Part shown: positions 49,074-61,287 of the stretch, one piece after another
Numbering within the stretch: position 1 is the stretch's first letter
Layout of the letters: every line of letters starts with the position of its first letter
Assembly (NCBI RefSeq): GCF_000315625.1
Contig: NW_005434652.1
Span: 152,348-216,347, forward strand
Reading direction: 5' to 3'
DNA: 64,000 bases
From: Guillardia theta CCMP2712
Taxonomy: Eukaryota > Protista > Cryptophyta
Position numbers and translations under genes: made by a program
The notes under the pieces: model-generated
Databases searched by the model: none
What the model was told of the DNA's origin: nothing
The model's input: only the letters and a program-made list of their open reading frames with translations

Positions 49074-51850
49074 TCAACCCTTCTTCTTTGACATCAGGCG
49101 AGATCGCCCGGATTCACGAAACTTTCGAATCAGAGGGTTCCCGGAGTCGGGCCAGGCGACGAAGCTCGGAGTAGCAAAGCGATGAGTGAGGGAGGTTGAG
49201 GCATGGGCGATGGGTACCCAGGTCTCCTTCTGTGAGAGCAGCATCATCCACCCGCACGCAACGCTTGCAGTCGTCTCACCGTGCAGGCTGAGTAGGAGGA
49301 GCGACCCCCATGTGCGTAGGTGGGGGCCCAGAGCCCACGGTTGAAGCTCCTTCGCTGCTCTACTTGGACCTTGCCGATTTGATCGGTTCCTTGCGGCCGC
49401 AGCGCTAGAAGGATGTGAGCGAGAAAGAGAGGAGGAGAGAGGAAGGAGGACGGGAGGAGAGGATGGAGACGAGGACAAAGGAAGGACTCAGGGAAGGAGA
49501 GTGGGGGAAGGGCAGGGACACTGACCATCGGGGTTGGTCTTGATGATGTTGTCTGCTAGAGGATGGAAGTCTTGTGGATTCTCTTCTGTCGGCGACATGG
49601 GGTGAATCCTCTGCGGTACCTGGCGGAGGGGATGAGGGGCAGGAGGGCCAGGAGGCTCATAACCTTCTTAGAGTCATAGTTGATGCGTGGCCAGGAGGCG
49701 TTTCTGGTGAGCGGAGAGAAGTTTCAGTGAAGATAGTCGCTGGGCACAAAATGAATGCATGACAGAGATGTGATGGTTGTGGATCAACATGGAATCATGC
49801 ACTGAGAAGAGGCGAGTAGTGCTGATGACAACCTTTCTGCAGTCTTGGAAAAGGGCAGGATGAACTCAAGTTCTCTCGAGTCGTTTCCAGTTCCTTTTGC
49901 CTGTTTGAATGAGTCAGCGGCAGCCAAGGAGGCGAGATCTGGGTCACATTCTTAGGAGCTGTTGAAAAGTTGATCTCGAATGAGTTCTGCGAGATATGAT
50001 CGTTACATAAGATCATGAAGTGAGGCGAGGAAGAGGAAGGGACGAAGGGTGAGAGTAGAAGAGGGGAGGCAGAGGGAGCGGAGGCAAGAAAGAAAGTTGA
50101 GGGAGAGGGGGAAAAATGCAGGAAAATCAAAGCAAAGCGGCAGGAAGAAGAAAGAGATGCTGTGGAAGGGAGGATAGAAAGGAATGGAGGCAGGGGGGAG
50201 AGGGGGGGGATGTTAGAAGGATTCAACGAACTTTTGTCAGGTCCATATTGTACTGCTGGGCTCTCTTGAAAAACGAATCGTCTTCTTCATTTGGCATGTA
50301 CGAGGATCGAAAACTCTCTCGGCTACTGTCTCGGTGAGTTAAACATTTTCTTACGGGCGGTCTGTGTAGTATCTGCAAGATCGTCAGCAAATGAGTGAGA
50401 CGTACATGTGCTATTACTGGATGCCTGACGGCCATGCCATGTCGAATCTCAAGGTTGCCTTTGGAAGATCTCATCGGCGAGATTGCTTCCTCTTCTTCTC
50501 CCTCTCCTGTCAATCATCATCATCATCATCATCATCGCCCTACTGATCAGTTCCTCCTCCCCCTCCCTCTCCTGTAATCCCCTTCCCCTTCTTCCTCCTC
50601 CTCCTCCTCCTCCTCCTTCCTTTTCCTCCTCCATCTCTACATCTGAACAGTGCAAGAGCTGCAATGAGAGTTTTACCTTCATCAAAACTTTTCCGTGGCG
50701 ATTCAAATCTGGACCAAATTCCCTGGAAAGAGTCAGACCTCAAAACTTTCAACACAGAAGAAAAGGGAGAGGAAAAGAAAAAGAGTCGAGATTCACTTGC
50801 ATTCAAACAACAAACACCGACATGAAAGAGCCCAAGGGGCAGGAACAGTGGCAAAAACATGAGGAATGGAATAATGATGATGGAGGAGGAGGAGGAGGAG
50901 GAGATTGAGGTTGTTGTTGCTGTTGTTGTTGAGGAGGAGGAGGAGGAGGAGAAGGATAAGGGTAAGGGTAAGGAGAAGGAGAAGGAGAAGGAGAAGGAGA
51001 AGGAGAAGATGATAAGGCGGAAGGGGAGATGAGGAGCAGGAAGAAGGAAGAAGGAAGAGGAAGGAAGAGGAAGAGGAGCTGTACCGAGGGATTCGGTCGG
51101 TAATAATTCTCTCTGTAAGTTGCGGGACGAGATTCTGTTTGAAGAAAAATGTCAAAAAGGAGGATACTAGAATGAACAATTCGTAGGAAGAGAAGCGGAG
51201 GGGAGGAGAAGGGAAACGGAGGTTGTGGCAAGGACAAGACAGGATGAGGAAAAGAGAAGCGAAGGAGCGGGAGGGGCAGGGGAGAGTATCCAAATGAGAA
51301 TGCTAAGTACAGCAGAGCACCTTGAGACATGTTCCAGGCAACATCGTCCATGACATTCTGCATCCTTTTCAGTCACAGCCTTTCATCATGCAGGGAAACA
51401 AGAATGCATGCACACAGAGGTGAATACAAGAACAGGACACAACAATAAAAAGCACACAGTGAAACAAACATCTTCAATCACATTACATATCGATCAGACA
51501 GTTGACCTGCATTGGCTTCCAAGGCAGACCCGGAACCTTTTTCTTCTCATCCAAGTTGTACGTCTTAGTCTGGATCGACCCCTTGTACCAGTAGGTGGAA
51601 GAATCTACAACAAAACAATAACGAAGATATCAAAATCGATGATGGCGTCTCTTGCCAGAAGTCTTCTTTGACATTTCTACTTCTTCACTGCTCTGGCACG
51701 TCTGGAATGAAAATCAACGCCATGTCATTTGTGTGAATATCTTTCTGACCTCTTTGCTCTTATCGCTCTTGCTGCTCTCATATCTTCGAAGTTTTCTACC
51801 GTCATCATCAGTCATCTTAATCGCCATCGCCATCGTCATCGTCATCATCA

Positions 51851-51891
<41 letters not shown>

Positions 51892-53405
51892 ATCGTCGTC
51901 ATCATCTAATTGCATCTCATATTTTTGTCACATTTCTTCCGATCTCCATCCAGGTCTCCATCCTGCAGGTAACCAAGGTCACATCAAATCACATGTTCAG
52001 AAACTGTCAACCATTGCTTGTAATGCGAAAGACGCTTGTCGGACTTGCGGCCTCTGATGGAGATTGCTGTGAATACAGATCAGATTGCCATGGCTACGTT
52101 TCTCAAACTGCAACCTCGTCTTCTAAATTCACATCAGGAGAAATGATTTCTTCTGTTTCCACTGCATTCTTCGCTCGCGGAGATCGTCTGGAGGATGAGA
52201 AATAATGGAGAGGGGAGGAGGAGCGAGGCGAGGCGAGGCGAAGGGAAGTAAAGAGAGGAGAGGAAAAGGAACCCAGTCAAACACGATGTCAGCAAAGAAA
52301 AAGAGATATCTCGCTGCAATCATAACGGACCACCTGACTTCATCCTTTGTGGCCTTTGACTCACTGCTCGTTGTTCGTTAGCTACATGCAAGCAAAGGCC
52401 ATCAAACGTTTCCTCACATTGCAAGGAGCTTCTGCAGTTGTGACGTCTCCAACCCGACATTCTGCAGCATCGAGATCAAATAGGGAAGTCGCCTGAGCAA
52501 TTTCACCTGCGCAAACAGCACTCTGGAAAACGTCTCAAAGCTGACCATCCCTTGTTTCTTGTCATCCAACTTCTCCTTCCAATCAATCTCTTCCATTACA
52601 CGTAGGAGGTTTTCCTCACCTTTCTCCACACCAGATCCACCACCTTCTCACCAACATCGGAGAAGCTCTTGAGAGACTCGCTATTTGGTTCTGTCGACAT
52701 TTTCGGTCTACATGAAGAATGTCATAACTCTTGTTTTCTTTCCGTGTTCTTCACCCAATGGACTTCTTCAGTGCTACTCCGTTTACAGTTCGCGCTGGCA
52801 TGCCGCAAGCGATCGATGTGGTTCTGATCACTCCCAATTTGAGCAAAAGATTCTCTGCAAGCATGTAAGCCGGGAGGAACAGGAGGAGGAGGAGGAGGAA
52901 GAGGCAGAAGGGATTTTGGGGGAGCGATGGAGGAGGAGGAGGAGGAGGAGGAGGAGGAGGAGGAGGAGGAGGAGGAGGAGAAATCCTACTGAAATCCCTT
53001 CTTGTCATGTATCCATTGCCTTGTTGAGCTCCCATCAAGAACCTACACATTTCCATAACCAGGAACATTCACCAGACACTCTTTTCTTTACGCTTTCTTC
53101 GCATTGATGGCCTTCCGCAGAAGCCCCATCATCACCAGAGAAAGAGCTGCATCCTCCCCCACCTCATGCTCTCCCTCCTCCTCTTCCTTAGCCGCAGTCT
53201 CTCCCTCTCCTTCGATCAACTGCTGCGAGACCTGTCGAGGAGAGCACGTGGCCGAGACCGTCCTCGCCGTTCTGACTGCCATGGGGAAGTCGAAGCTCAT
53301 CATGACGCCTTGTGACATAGTCTGCGACTGTCTCACTGTGCTACTCATCAGCTCGTTCACCACGTCGCTCCCGACGACATGGCGCAGCGCAAATTTTCCT
53401 GCCAT
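49074..53405 (-). CDS. Hypothetical multi-exon protein(s) with degenerate EF-hand-like segments
   Basis: Starts MAGKFALRH; exons GNGYMTRRDF and DDKKQGMVSFETFSRVL, separated by microsatellite introns. This may be more than one gene. Confidence 0.35.
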
Positions 53406-53699
53406 GGGAAGGCGTCGGCCAACTGCCGGAAGAAAGTGATGTTGAGTAAAGATTAAGTGACCTTTATGTTAATTTAACTAGAAGATCAGTTAATTTAGAT
53501 AGAATCTAGCTAAATCTATCTGCTGGTTATCCGACCGTTACAACAATGAACTCTATTACCGTTGCATTACCGTTTCACTGTAGTAAGGTCAGGTTGGCCC
53601 AGGCCCGGGCCGGGCCGGCGGTGACTGAAGGTGAAGAGACTGAAGGACTCAACTTACGTTGGGGCCAGCAATAATGGCGAGAAGGGCCGGCGACACGGA

Positions 53700-56600
53700 G
53701 AGAGGGACTGAGAGGACATGCAGGAAACTTAGACGGCAGTGGGGCCTGACGGCACTCTTGTGCCTCCCAGATGAGCATCATCGGATGTGCTATCGTTGTT
53801 GGGAGTCAAGAAGATTCTGATGTAGATCAACGAGGACCTTGTGACCTGATGTCTGACAACCAAGTTGACGTAATTGGCGGCTCATCGAGTTTCATCGCAA
53901 CGACACGAAGTTTCGCTACCTGCCATGGCGCAGCCAGACATACAAGTGAAGAGAAATGAGCTCAAGATCGAATGTGCTTCAACACATCCCATCCATCCAC
54001 GGAGACGGTCGACCGACACACCGGCAAGGTCGCAAGTCAACCTCAGAGCAGCTCGACGCCTTCTTCTCAGAGGTCGAGAAACAGTCCAGCCTCTTGCCCC
54101 CCATCTCATCCTCGTCGTGTCAGCCGCTCGCTCACACCAACGACGTGGGCAGGTCGATGATGACAGTTTAGACTTGCATGGTGTAACTGGTCTCACAGAA
54201 GTTTGCAAGAGCATCGTCATAAGGTTGGTTCTTCAAGACATGTACAACCTACTGCGCTCAAGCATTCTGACTGGCTGCACGTAGGGAAGTCCAAAACTGA
54301 ATGCCAATAGAGCTGTATGCAATGGTAGTCTTAGACGCATCCAATATGTCTTGGCACTGACTGTTGGCAGAGTCCTGCTACTGGTGCCGTCGACAGAACA
54401 GTTGGTGCGGGTGGTGCAGGGTGAGTCCGAACAGATCAGAGGTAGTGGATCATGTCAGGTAAGAGTTGAGATGTTCAGTCTTGGTTGAGTGCAAGAAGTT
54501 TGACTCGATCAAAGATCGCGGAGCTCACTGCAAAGAAGTTCGTCTGAGAAGCAGAAGATCAAACGTTCTGCCTCGCAACTCAGTCAGGTGTCCAAGAGAT
54601 TGTTCGCCATAAAGTCTGGGTCAACACTGGCAGCATCTGCAGTTGGCAATGGCGCGGATCCGAAAGATGCTGTTGAACTGAGTTATGATCATTCACGAAT
54701 GACTGAGATCGACAAGCTCCTTGAGCTAGCAACGTTTGCGCTCTCAGCCATCTTGAGCAAGGAGCAGCTGAAGGCTCTGACCAGCAGGGTACACGGTTGC
54801 CTTCCAACCAGTGCGAACTGACTCGTGCCCGTCAGGTGCAGCTCAGAAGTTTTGGGGAGAATGAGATTGTGTTCAGAAGCGGCGAGGTGTGTTCTCCTCA
54901 AGTCTACACGGTCAGGGTTGAAGATGGTTTGCCCAAGTTGGCGATGCGACCAAGTTTTTACATCGTTCACTCGGGAGAGTTTCATGCCTACAACAGACGA
55001 GACCCGACAAGATTGAAGCCGTTTGAGTGCCTGCGAAGAGGATCGGTCTTCGGCGAGCTGTCTTTCTTCTTGCAAGACCAACGCCATTGCACTGTCGTGG
55101 CGGGTTGTGAGAGTGTCGCGATTGAGGTTCTTCTCTCCGAAATGCTGCAGATCCTCGTGCCGGAGGAGAAGCTGGCGGATGCGAGAGAGTCGGAGGTGAA
55201 GGAGGAAGAAAGCTCCGCTAGTCATCAGGACAGATACCTCGCTCTGCTCAAGGGAAACAGATCAAAGAAGGTGAGGCTGCCAGTTGTTCGTAACCTTGTG
55301 AGGAGTGATGATGTGATCGTAGGATAAGATGTACCATTTCTACCGGAGAAAGGCTGAGATTGAGGTGTTTGGCCTCCCGCTCAACGAGGACTCGAGGAAG
55401 AGAGAATGGAGGACGGGAGCCTACGCGCGGAAACTCAAGAGAATCCTCAACTTCGAGCTCACCATCTACTACGTGGTGAAAATTCAGTTTCTCGTCCGTC
55501 GGTTCCTGCGCAGGTTGAGGCTGAAGGCGCAGAAGGCGAGGGAGAGGGAGCGGGAGAAAGCTGCTCTCTTCCTCCAGCGCATTGCTCGAGGCTTCCTGGC
55601 GCGGATCTTCTGCAACAAGATGAGGATGACCAACGGGCTGCAGCCCTTGAACTTCCAGGAGCTCTTCGAGAGGAGGAGGCGAGAGAAGGCTCAGATGCAG
55701 ATAACGGCGCATGTCAAGCAAGAGTCAGCTAGGCTCTGGAACCTGTTCAACTTCGCCAACGACAAGATTTTGAGCGTCTATCGACAAGACTTCCGCAAAC
55801 AACATCTGGAGCAGCTGAAAATCCTCATGACAGCCATTGAGGACGGAAAGATCGGCAAGTTTGCCTTCTATGATGTCGCTAAGGACGCGAAGATCCCCGG
55901 GAAAGCGCTGAAGAGATGGATCAACGATGAGAACATCGTCAAGAAGCGCAGGGACGAGGAGACCAACCAAGATTTCGAGTTGCGGAATCAACGGACCAAG
56001 GAGCTGCTGGAGGAGCAGTTGCTGGTGTGGGCAGGCAGGAACGAGTCAGTGCGGGAGGCCATCGGGTTGTGGAAGGTAGAGGTGTTGAGCTACAAGGAAG
56101 CGGCTCCCGAGGTCACCAAGAAGCCTCATCCCCTGTGCAGCATCATCCCTGACTACTACGACATGAAGTCTCTCAGAGAGATCCTGTCGCAGTCAGAGAG
56201 CTGGCTGGGACTGAACCCTCCTTCAGCCCGCTCCGAGGCCTCGCTCGCTGAAGGAGGTTGGATGCTCGACAGCCTGCTCAACCATGTCAGTGAGCAAGAA
56301 AACTACGAGCTCCAGCACCAGGAGCAGCTTGCTCGGGCCCTGGTGGAGACGCATGCTACAGCTGAGAGACCGAGCAGCAAGGTCGAGCTCGAGGAGCCAG
56401 CAGGCTTCGGATCGGCATCGTCCTCTGCTGAAGTCTTGGAAGGTGCAGACGTCAGGCTAGGAGCTCCTGAGCATGAAGCTGCGATCAGGCCGGATGTGGA
56501 GATGTTCATTGCGAGGATAAAGGCAGCGCTGTACCATAGCAAGGTTGACATCAGGAAGATGTTTCTTGCACTCGACAAAGACAAGGATGGCTACCTGTCA

Positions 56601-57317
56601 CTGCATGAGTTTGACAACGCCATGAGGATTCTCAACGTTCGGATCAACTCACGAGATCTGTATGACATCTCAAAGACGTTTGTTGATGATCGCATGCCGA
56701 CTCAATTGTGCTTGCGAATGTTCCTCTCGTGCTTCACATCCGATCTGATCTGCTCGGAGTCCATCACAGACAAAGTCTCTCTCTTCTCCTCCACAGTGAT
56801 GGCCGACTTCGAGGCGTTTGCTCAGAGCAAGGAGAAGCTGGAGCAGGAGCTGATCTCCAAGGGGAGCCACCTCTTGGATCAGTTCTATGACTTACTCTTC
56901 AGCAACCAGTGGAAGAGGAGGGAGGACAAGGTAGAGCTCTTGTCCTTCTGTGCCCTCAAGAGCGTCATCAGCCTCTTCGAGCTCGACTGGCACGACCGAG
57001 ACACGCTGGTCAGATTTGTCAGAGTTCTCTTGTACATTCACGAGCAACTTTGGAGTCAGCTGTTGTTGGAGTTGTGCACTTGGTACATGCCGATCGAGTC
57101 AGAAGCGCATCTTAGGAAGCAGCTGATAGCGATGAAGACAAAGGATGAGCGGACGAGTTTTCATGCGCTCTCACGCAGAATGTCTTGCTTCATGCCGCAG
57201 CAGGTGGGGAAGTTGGAGGATGTGAAGTTTGTGATAGGCTGCAGGAATTGCTCGCGCATCAGTTCTCTGAGTTTGCAAGGGAGAATACCGACACCACATG
57301 TGAAGAGGGGAAACTGA
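53700..57317 (+). CDS. Cyclic-nucleotide-binding domain + IQ motifs + EF-hand protein, multi-exon
   Basis: FGENEIVFRSGE...FYIVHSGE...GSVFGELSFF...RHCTVVA; KIQFLVRRFLRR; LQRIARGFLAR; DKDKDGYLSLHEF. The 5' end is uncertain. Confidence 0.75.
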
Positions 57318-57871
57318 TGGGTGAGGATGGTTTGTTTCTAGTTTTTGTTTGACCTTGTTGTAGAAGTGAATATGGATCAGATCAAGCTCAGAAGCTTCAG
57401 ACTTTGGAGTAAATTGAAGACAGGTTGGTGTGCTGTTTCACCTTTGCTTCTTTGCGCCACGTCGTGTGCGTTTGCTGACGCTTTCTTGGCGGAGCAGAGA
57501 AGGGAAATGTTGTCTTGGAGATGTTCATAGATGTTTGTAATCAGCTCACAAATCTTTGTCACATAGAAAGAGAAGTTGACGAGCTCTTCCGATAACTTGC
57601 ATATTTTTCATGCTAACTTGTAATGTCTGTGCTTTGTTGTAGATATGTGTCTGTGTGTTGTAACTTTCAAGCGTCTTTGTACATAACACTCGTTTTCAAA
57701 GAGGCTATTAAAGTCATCTTGAAGTTTACAAACGAAAAACAAGAAGACTAAATGATCTTTGCACAAATCAAGTTCACAGACGTAACAGAACAACTTGCTT
57801 TGTCTACCTTGAATATGACAAAACTCCAGCCTGTTCCCCTTCCTGCCTCTCCTCCTATTCACATTCCTCCT

Positions 57872-60480
57872 CTAATCAAGAGTTCGGATACGTCGACCAT
57901 CAGCTCCACTGCGAATCTGCAAGAGAGATTGAGCATGAGCAGATTGAGCATGAGCAGATTGAGCACGAGCAGATTGAGCATGAGCAGATTGAGCACGAGC
58001 AGATTGAGCACGAGCAGATTGAGCACGAGCAGATTGAGCACGAGCAGATTGAGCACGAGCAGATTGAGCACGAGCAGATTGAGCACGAGCAGATTGAGCA
58101 CGAGCAGATCAAGGAGGGATGAGACGAGAAGAAAGGCAAAAAAGACAGGCCAGATGGTGAGAAGAGCAGAAGATGGAGATGGGCATTAGATGAGGAGCAA
58201 CAGGTTTTGAAAAAGTAGGGAGGACAGAGGTGGTTGGCGGAGCGCGACGGGAGGGAATGATGAGTAGGAACAGGAGGACGGAAGAGGAGGGAGGAGAACG
58301 GGACAGGTTGAAGAGAAAAGAGCAGGGAAGTGGGAGAGGAAGAGGATTCTGAGCTGTAATCGGATGTACCACAGCGCTGTCGAGGAGTTGAGGGATATCC
58401 TTCGTTAGCATCCTTTCAATGTCATACACCTGAGATATTGACATCAGCATCCTCCCCTTCTCCTTCTCCCTCTTCCTCTCTCCTCCTCTCTCTTCCTCCC
58501 TCCTCCTCGCTCTAACCCCCCCTGGCTCTTGCCCCTGCCCCTGCCCCTGCCCCTGCCCCTGCCCCTGCCCCTGCTCCCACCCCCCCATCTACTGTCTTGC
58601 TTCTTCCCTACATCCTGTTGTTCTGATATATCAATTTCAATCTCACGTACCAGATTCTTGTTCAGTCGAGGGATCTCGCGAAGGTCCTGAAACCAGATAA
58701 GCGGACAGAAAACCTTCAACCCCCTCATTCCTCCTGCTCCTCCACAGCATGTTCTCCCTCTTTCCCTGTACCTCTTCTCTTCTCTCTCATTGTCTTGACT
58801 TACCTTGATTTCCCTCAGTTTTGTCTTCATCCTCTCACAATTGGGAAAGTCACCTAGTGGAAGGTTGTACCTGTACGCCATTTACGACTCAGCATTCAGA
58901 CACATTCCTCCTGCTCCTGCTTCAGCCACCCCCCCCCCCCTTTCCTCCTCCTCCTCCACCTCCTCCTCATCATCATCATCATCTCTTGTTCCCATTACTC
59001 TTGAGTCAGCAGAGCTTCTCACTCTTTCCCATCTCACTTCCCTTCCTCCTCCTCCTCCTCCTCCTCCTCCTCCTCCGTCCCTCCGTCCCTCCCCTCCTCC
59101 CCCTCCCTCCAACCTCTGAGCAGCAAGCACGAAGTTGCGATCCAGCGCGTCTATCAAGTCCTTCTGCTTCTCCGCCTTGTTCCACACCGTCACCGTCGCC
59201 CACCCAGCGATCTGCTTCCTCAGGTAGTGCACGATGAACGCGTGCACCTTCACCGACCGAGCTCGCCGCACCAGCGAGCTCACCCGACGGAGGATCGTGT
59301 TCTGCGGCAGAGCCACCAGCTCCTGTACCAAGTCTGCCTTCTCCCGCTGCAGCAGCAGCGCATGCGCGTTGCTGTTGACCCACTCGGCTGTTGCGGTGCT
59401 CTCCTCCTCGTCCCAGAACGAGCCCATGAACACTCGTGGCACCTCCGGCGTTCTCAGCACCTCCCCGAGCGACCACATGAGAGCTCCGTAGACGCGGAGA
59501 AGCTGCTGGGTGTCAATCTGCTGGACTTTGTTGAGCAGGATGCGGATCTTGTCTTGGTGGCCCCGCAGCTTGTCGAGGATGGACTGAAGCTCGTCGGAGA
59601 TGTCGAGCTTGTGAGCATCGAACATGACGATGATCAGGTCTGCTCGAGAAGCAAACCATTCGATGATGGAGGAAAACTCGTACTCCCTCCCCTCCCTGTG
59701 CTTCTTGTTCGACAGCACACCCGGCGTGTCGATCAGCGTGATGTTGCGCAGCAGCGGCGCAGTGCTCGTCGCCCCGCAGAAGCGGGAGAGGAAGGCGTTG
59801 CCAAACTCAGCGAGGCCATGGAAGGGAGAGTCCTTCTGCATCGACAGCGCATGTCCAGGGATGACCCGCTCGTCGTTGCCCGCCATGACGGCAACAAACT
59901 GATCTGTCGTCGGCTCCGGCCCGATGCGCATTCCAGGGAAGTCCTTTCCAAGGAGCGCACGGATGAAAGAGGTCTTGCCGACCGAGTACTGGCCGAGAAG
60001 GAGGACGATGGGTTTAGCATCAAAGTCTGAAGCCTCCAGCGTCGATCCCTTGGAGAAGAACGAGTACCACGACGCTTCCTCCAACGGTTTGACCCTCTTG
60101 ATGTACAGGTTCCTCAACCCCTCGAACACCTTGTCCTTGTCCAGTGACGTCTGCGTCTTGTTCACGAGCTGCAGAACGTTCTCACTCTGCGGATCCCCGC
60201 TAGACGCTCCCAGTCCCATCCCCTGCCCTCTCATCTGCCCCCCATATCCTCCTGCTCCACCCTCCCTCATGCTCTGCATGTTGGGGGCGTCAGGCCTGCG
60301 AGCGAACATGGCCTCGTCCTCGTCAGAGTCGGAGTAATCCTGCCCCCCCCACAACTTCAGCAGGCGAGCAGAAGGCCTGAAGGCATCGCAACGAGACAGG
60401 CTGAGAGACGGAGGAGAAAGGGCCTCCGATGCCGCAGGCATGCAGGAGCTAAGGAGGACCAGACATGCGATCGGAGCCAT
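57872..60480 (-). CDS. EHD/RME-1-family dynamin-like ATPase with N-terminal signal peptide and no visible EH domain
   Basis: GQYSVGKT; IGPEPTTD; FGNAFL; DTPGVL; FDAHKLDISDE; LLRVYGALMWSLG; YNLPLGDFP; DIPQLL. The last exon is uncertain. Confidence 0.85.
57926..58105. repeat. Minisatellite, 12 x 15 bp AGATTGAGCA(C/T)GAGC (intronic)
   Basis: Direct observation; no spacers. Confidence 0.95.
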
Positions 60481-61264
60481 AGAGCTATGGACGGCGCTCT
60501 TCATGCTTCTACGGCTCTTGTACGGTTGCAATTTGCACCTGACTGGACAACAGGATTTCTGGGAGGGGAAGAAGGAGCCTCCAGCTTCAATCTAGAAAAG
60601 ATTGCAAGGTTTGAACTTTCTTTGCAACTCCTGGATGACAAACGAGTGCTTGCTCCCTTTGCCCTAGTGATAAGCTCTCCTCCTCTCGGGGTCTTCTGTA
60701 GTTCGAGTTTCTCTGGTTTGCATGAAGATCTCGAAGCCACTCCCTCCTTCCAGATTCGCGTGACGTCAGTCCTTGCTTTCGCCCACCCTCCGTCCTCTCC
60801 TTCAGATGGACGTCCCTTCCCTTGTTGTCTCTACTGACCTCTCTCCTCCCTTCCTCTGCTTGTTCCCCTCTCCTCTCCTCTCCTCTCCTCTCCTCTCCTC
60901 TCCTCTCCTCTCCTCTCCTCTCCTCTCCTCTCCTCTCCCCTCCTCTTCACTACTTCGCACTTCGGCCTCCTCGGGCCATGCTTGACCTCCTTATCACCCA
61001 CCCTACTTTAGGTAGGGCTACTACCTACTCATAGTAATTTCTACCCCCATAACGATTCTAATTGAACCCGGTACTTGTCCTTTATACGGACCCCCACCCT
61101 GGGAACAGACCTAACACCACCCACGTCTTCATCATAGGGCATACTACCCCTTTCGATCTAGGGTCTACCCCACCAAAATTAAGTACCCGGTTCTTCAACT
61201 GTGAATTGTTCTTGAATCATAAGGTGGGTACTTTTGGAATTGGACCTCATCCCCTACTGACCAC

Positions 61265-61276
61265 TTTGGCGGGAAA
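61265..61276 (+). promoter_or_regulatory. E2F-type site TTTGGCGGGAAA immediately upstream of the POLD2 ATG
   Basis: Matches the E2F consensus on both strands (TTTGGCGG / TTTCCCGC) and lies in front of a DNA replication gene. Confidence 0.65.
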
Positions 61277-61287
61277 GAAGCCCTTCC

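Noticed and set aside
50449-52205. Poly-His, poly-Met/Thr and poly-Leu ORFs (also 27227-28369, 35083-35356)
   Set aside because: Translations of intronic tri- and hexanucleotide microsatellites.
57926-58105. Regular repeat array as a CRISPR or as a 'RLSTS' repeat protein (ORF 57752..58189)
   Set aside because: No spacers and no cas genes; eukaryotic intronic minisatellite. The ORFs are artefacts of the 15-bp period.
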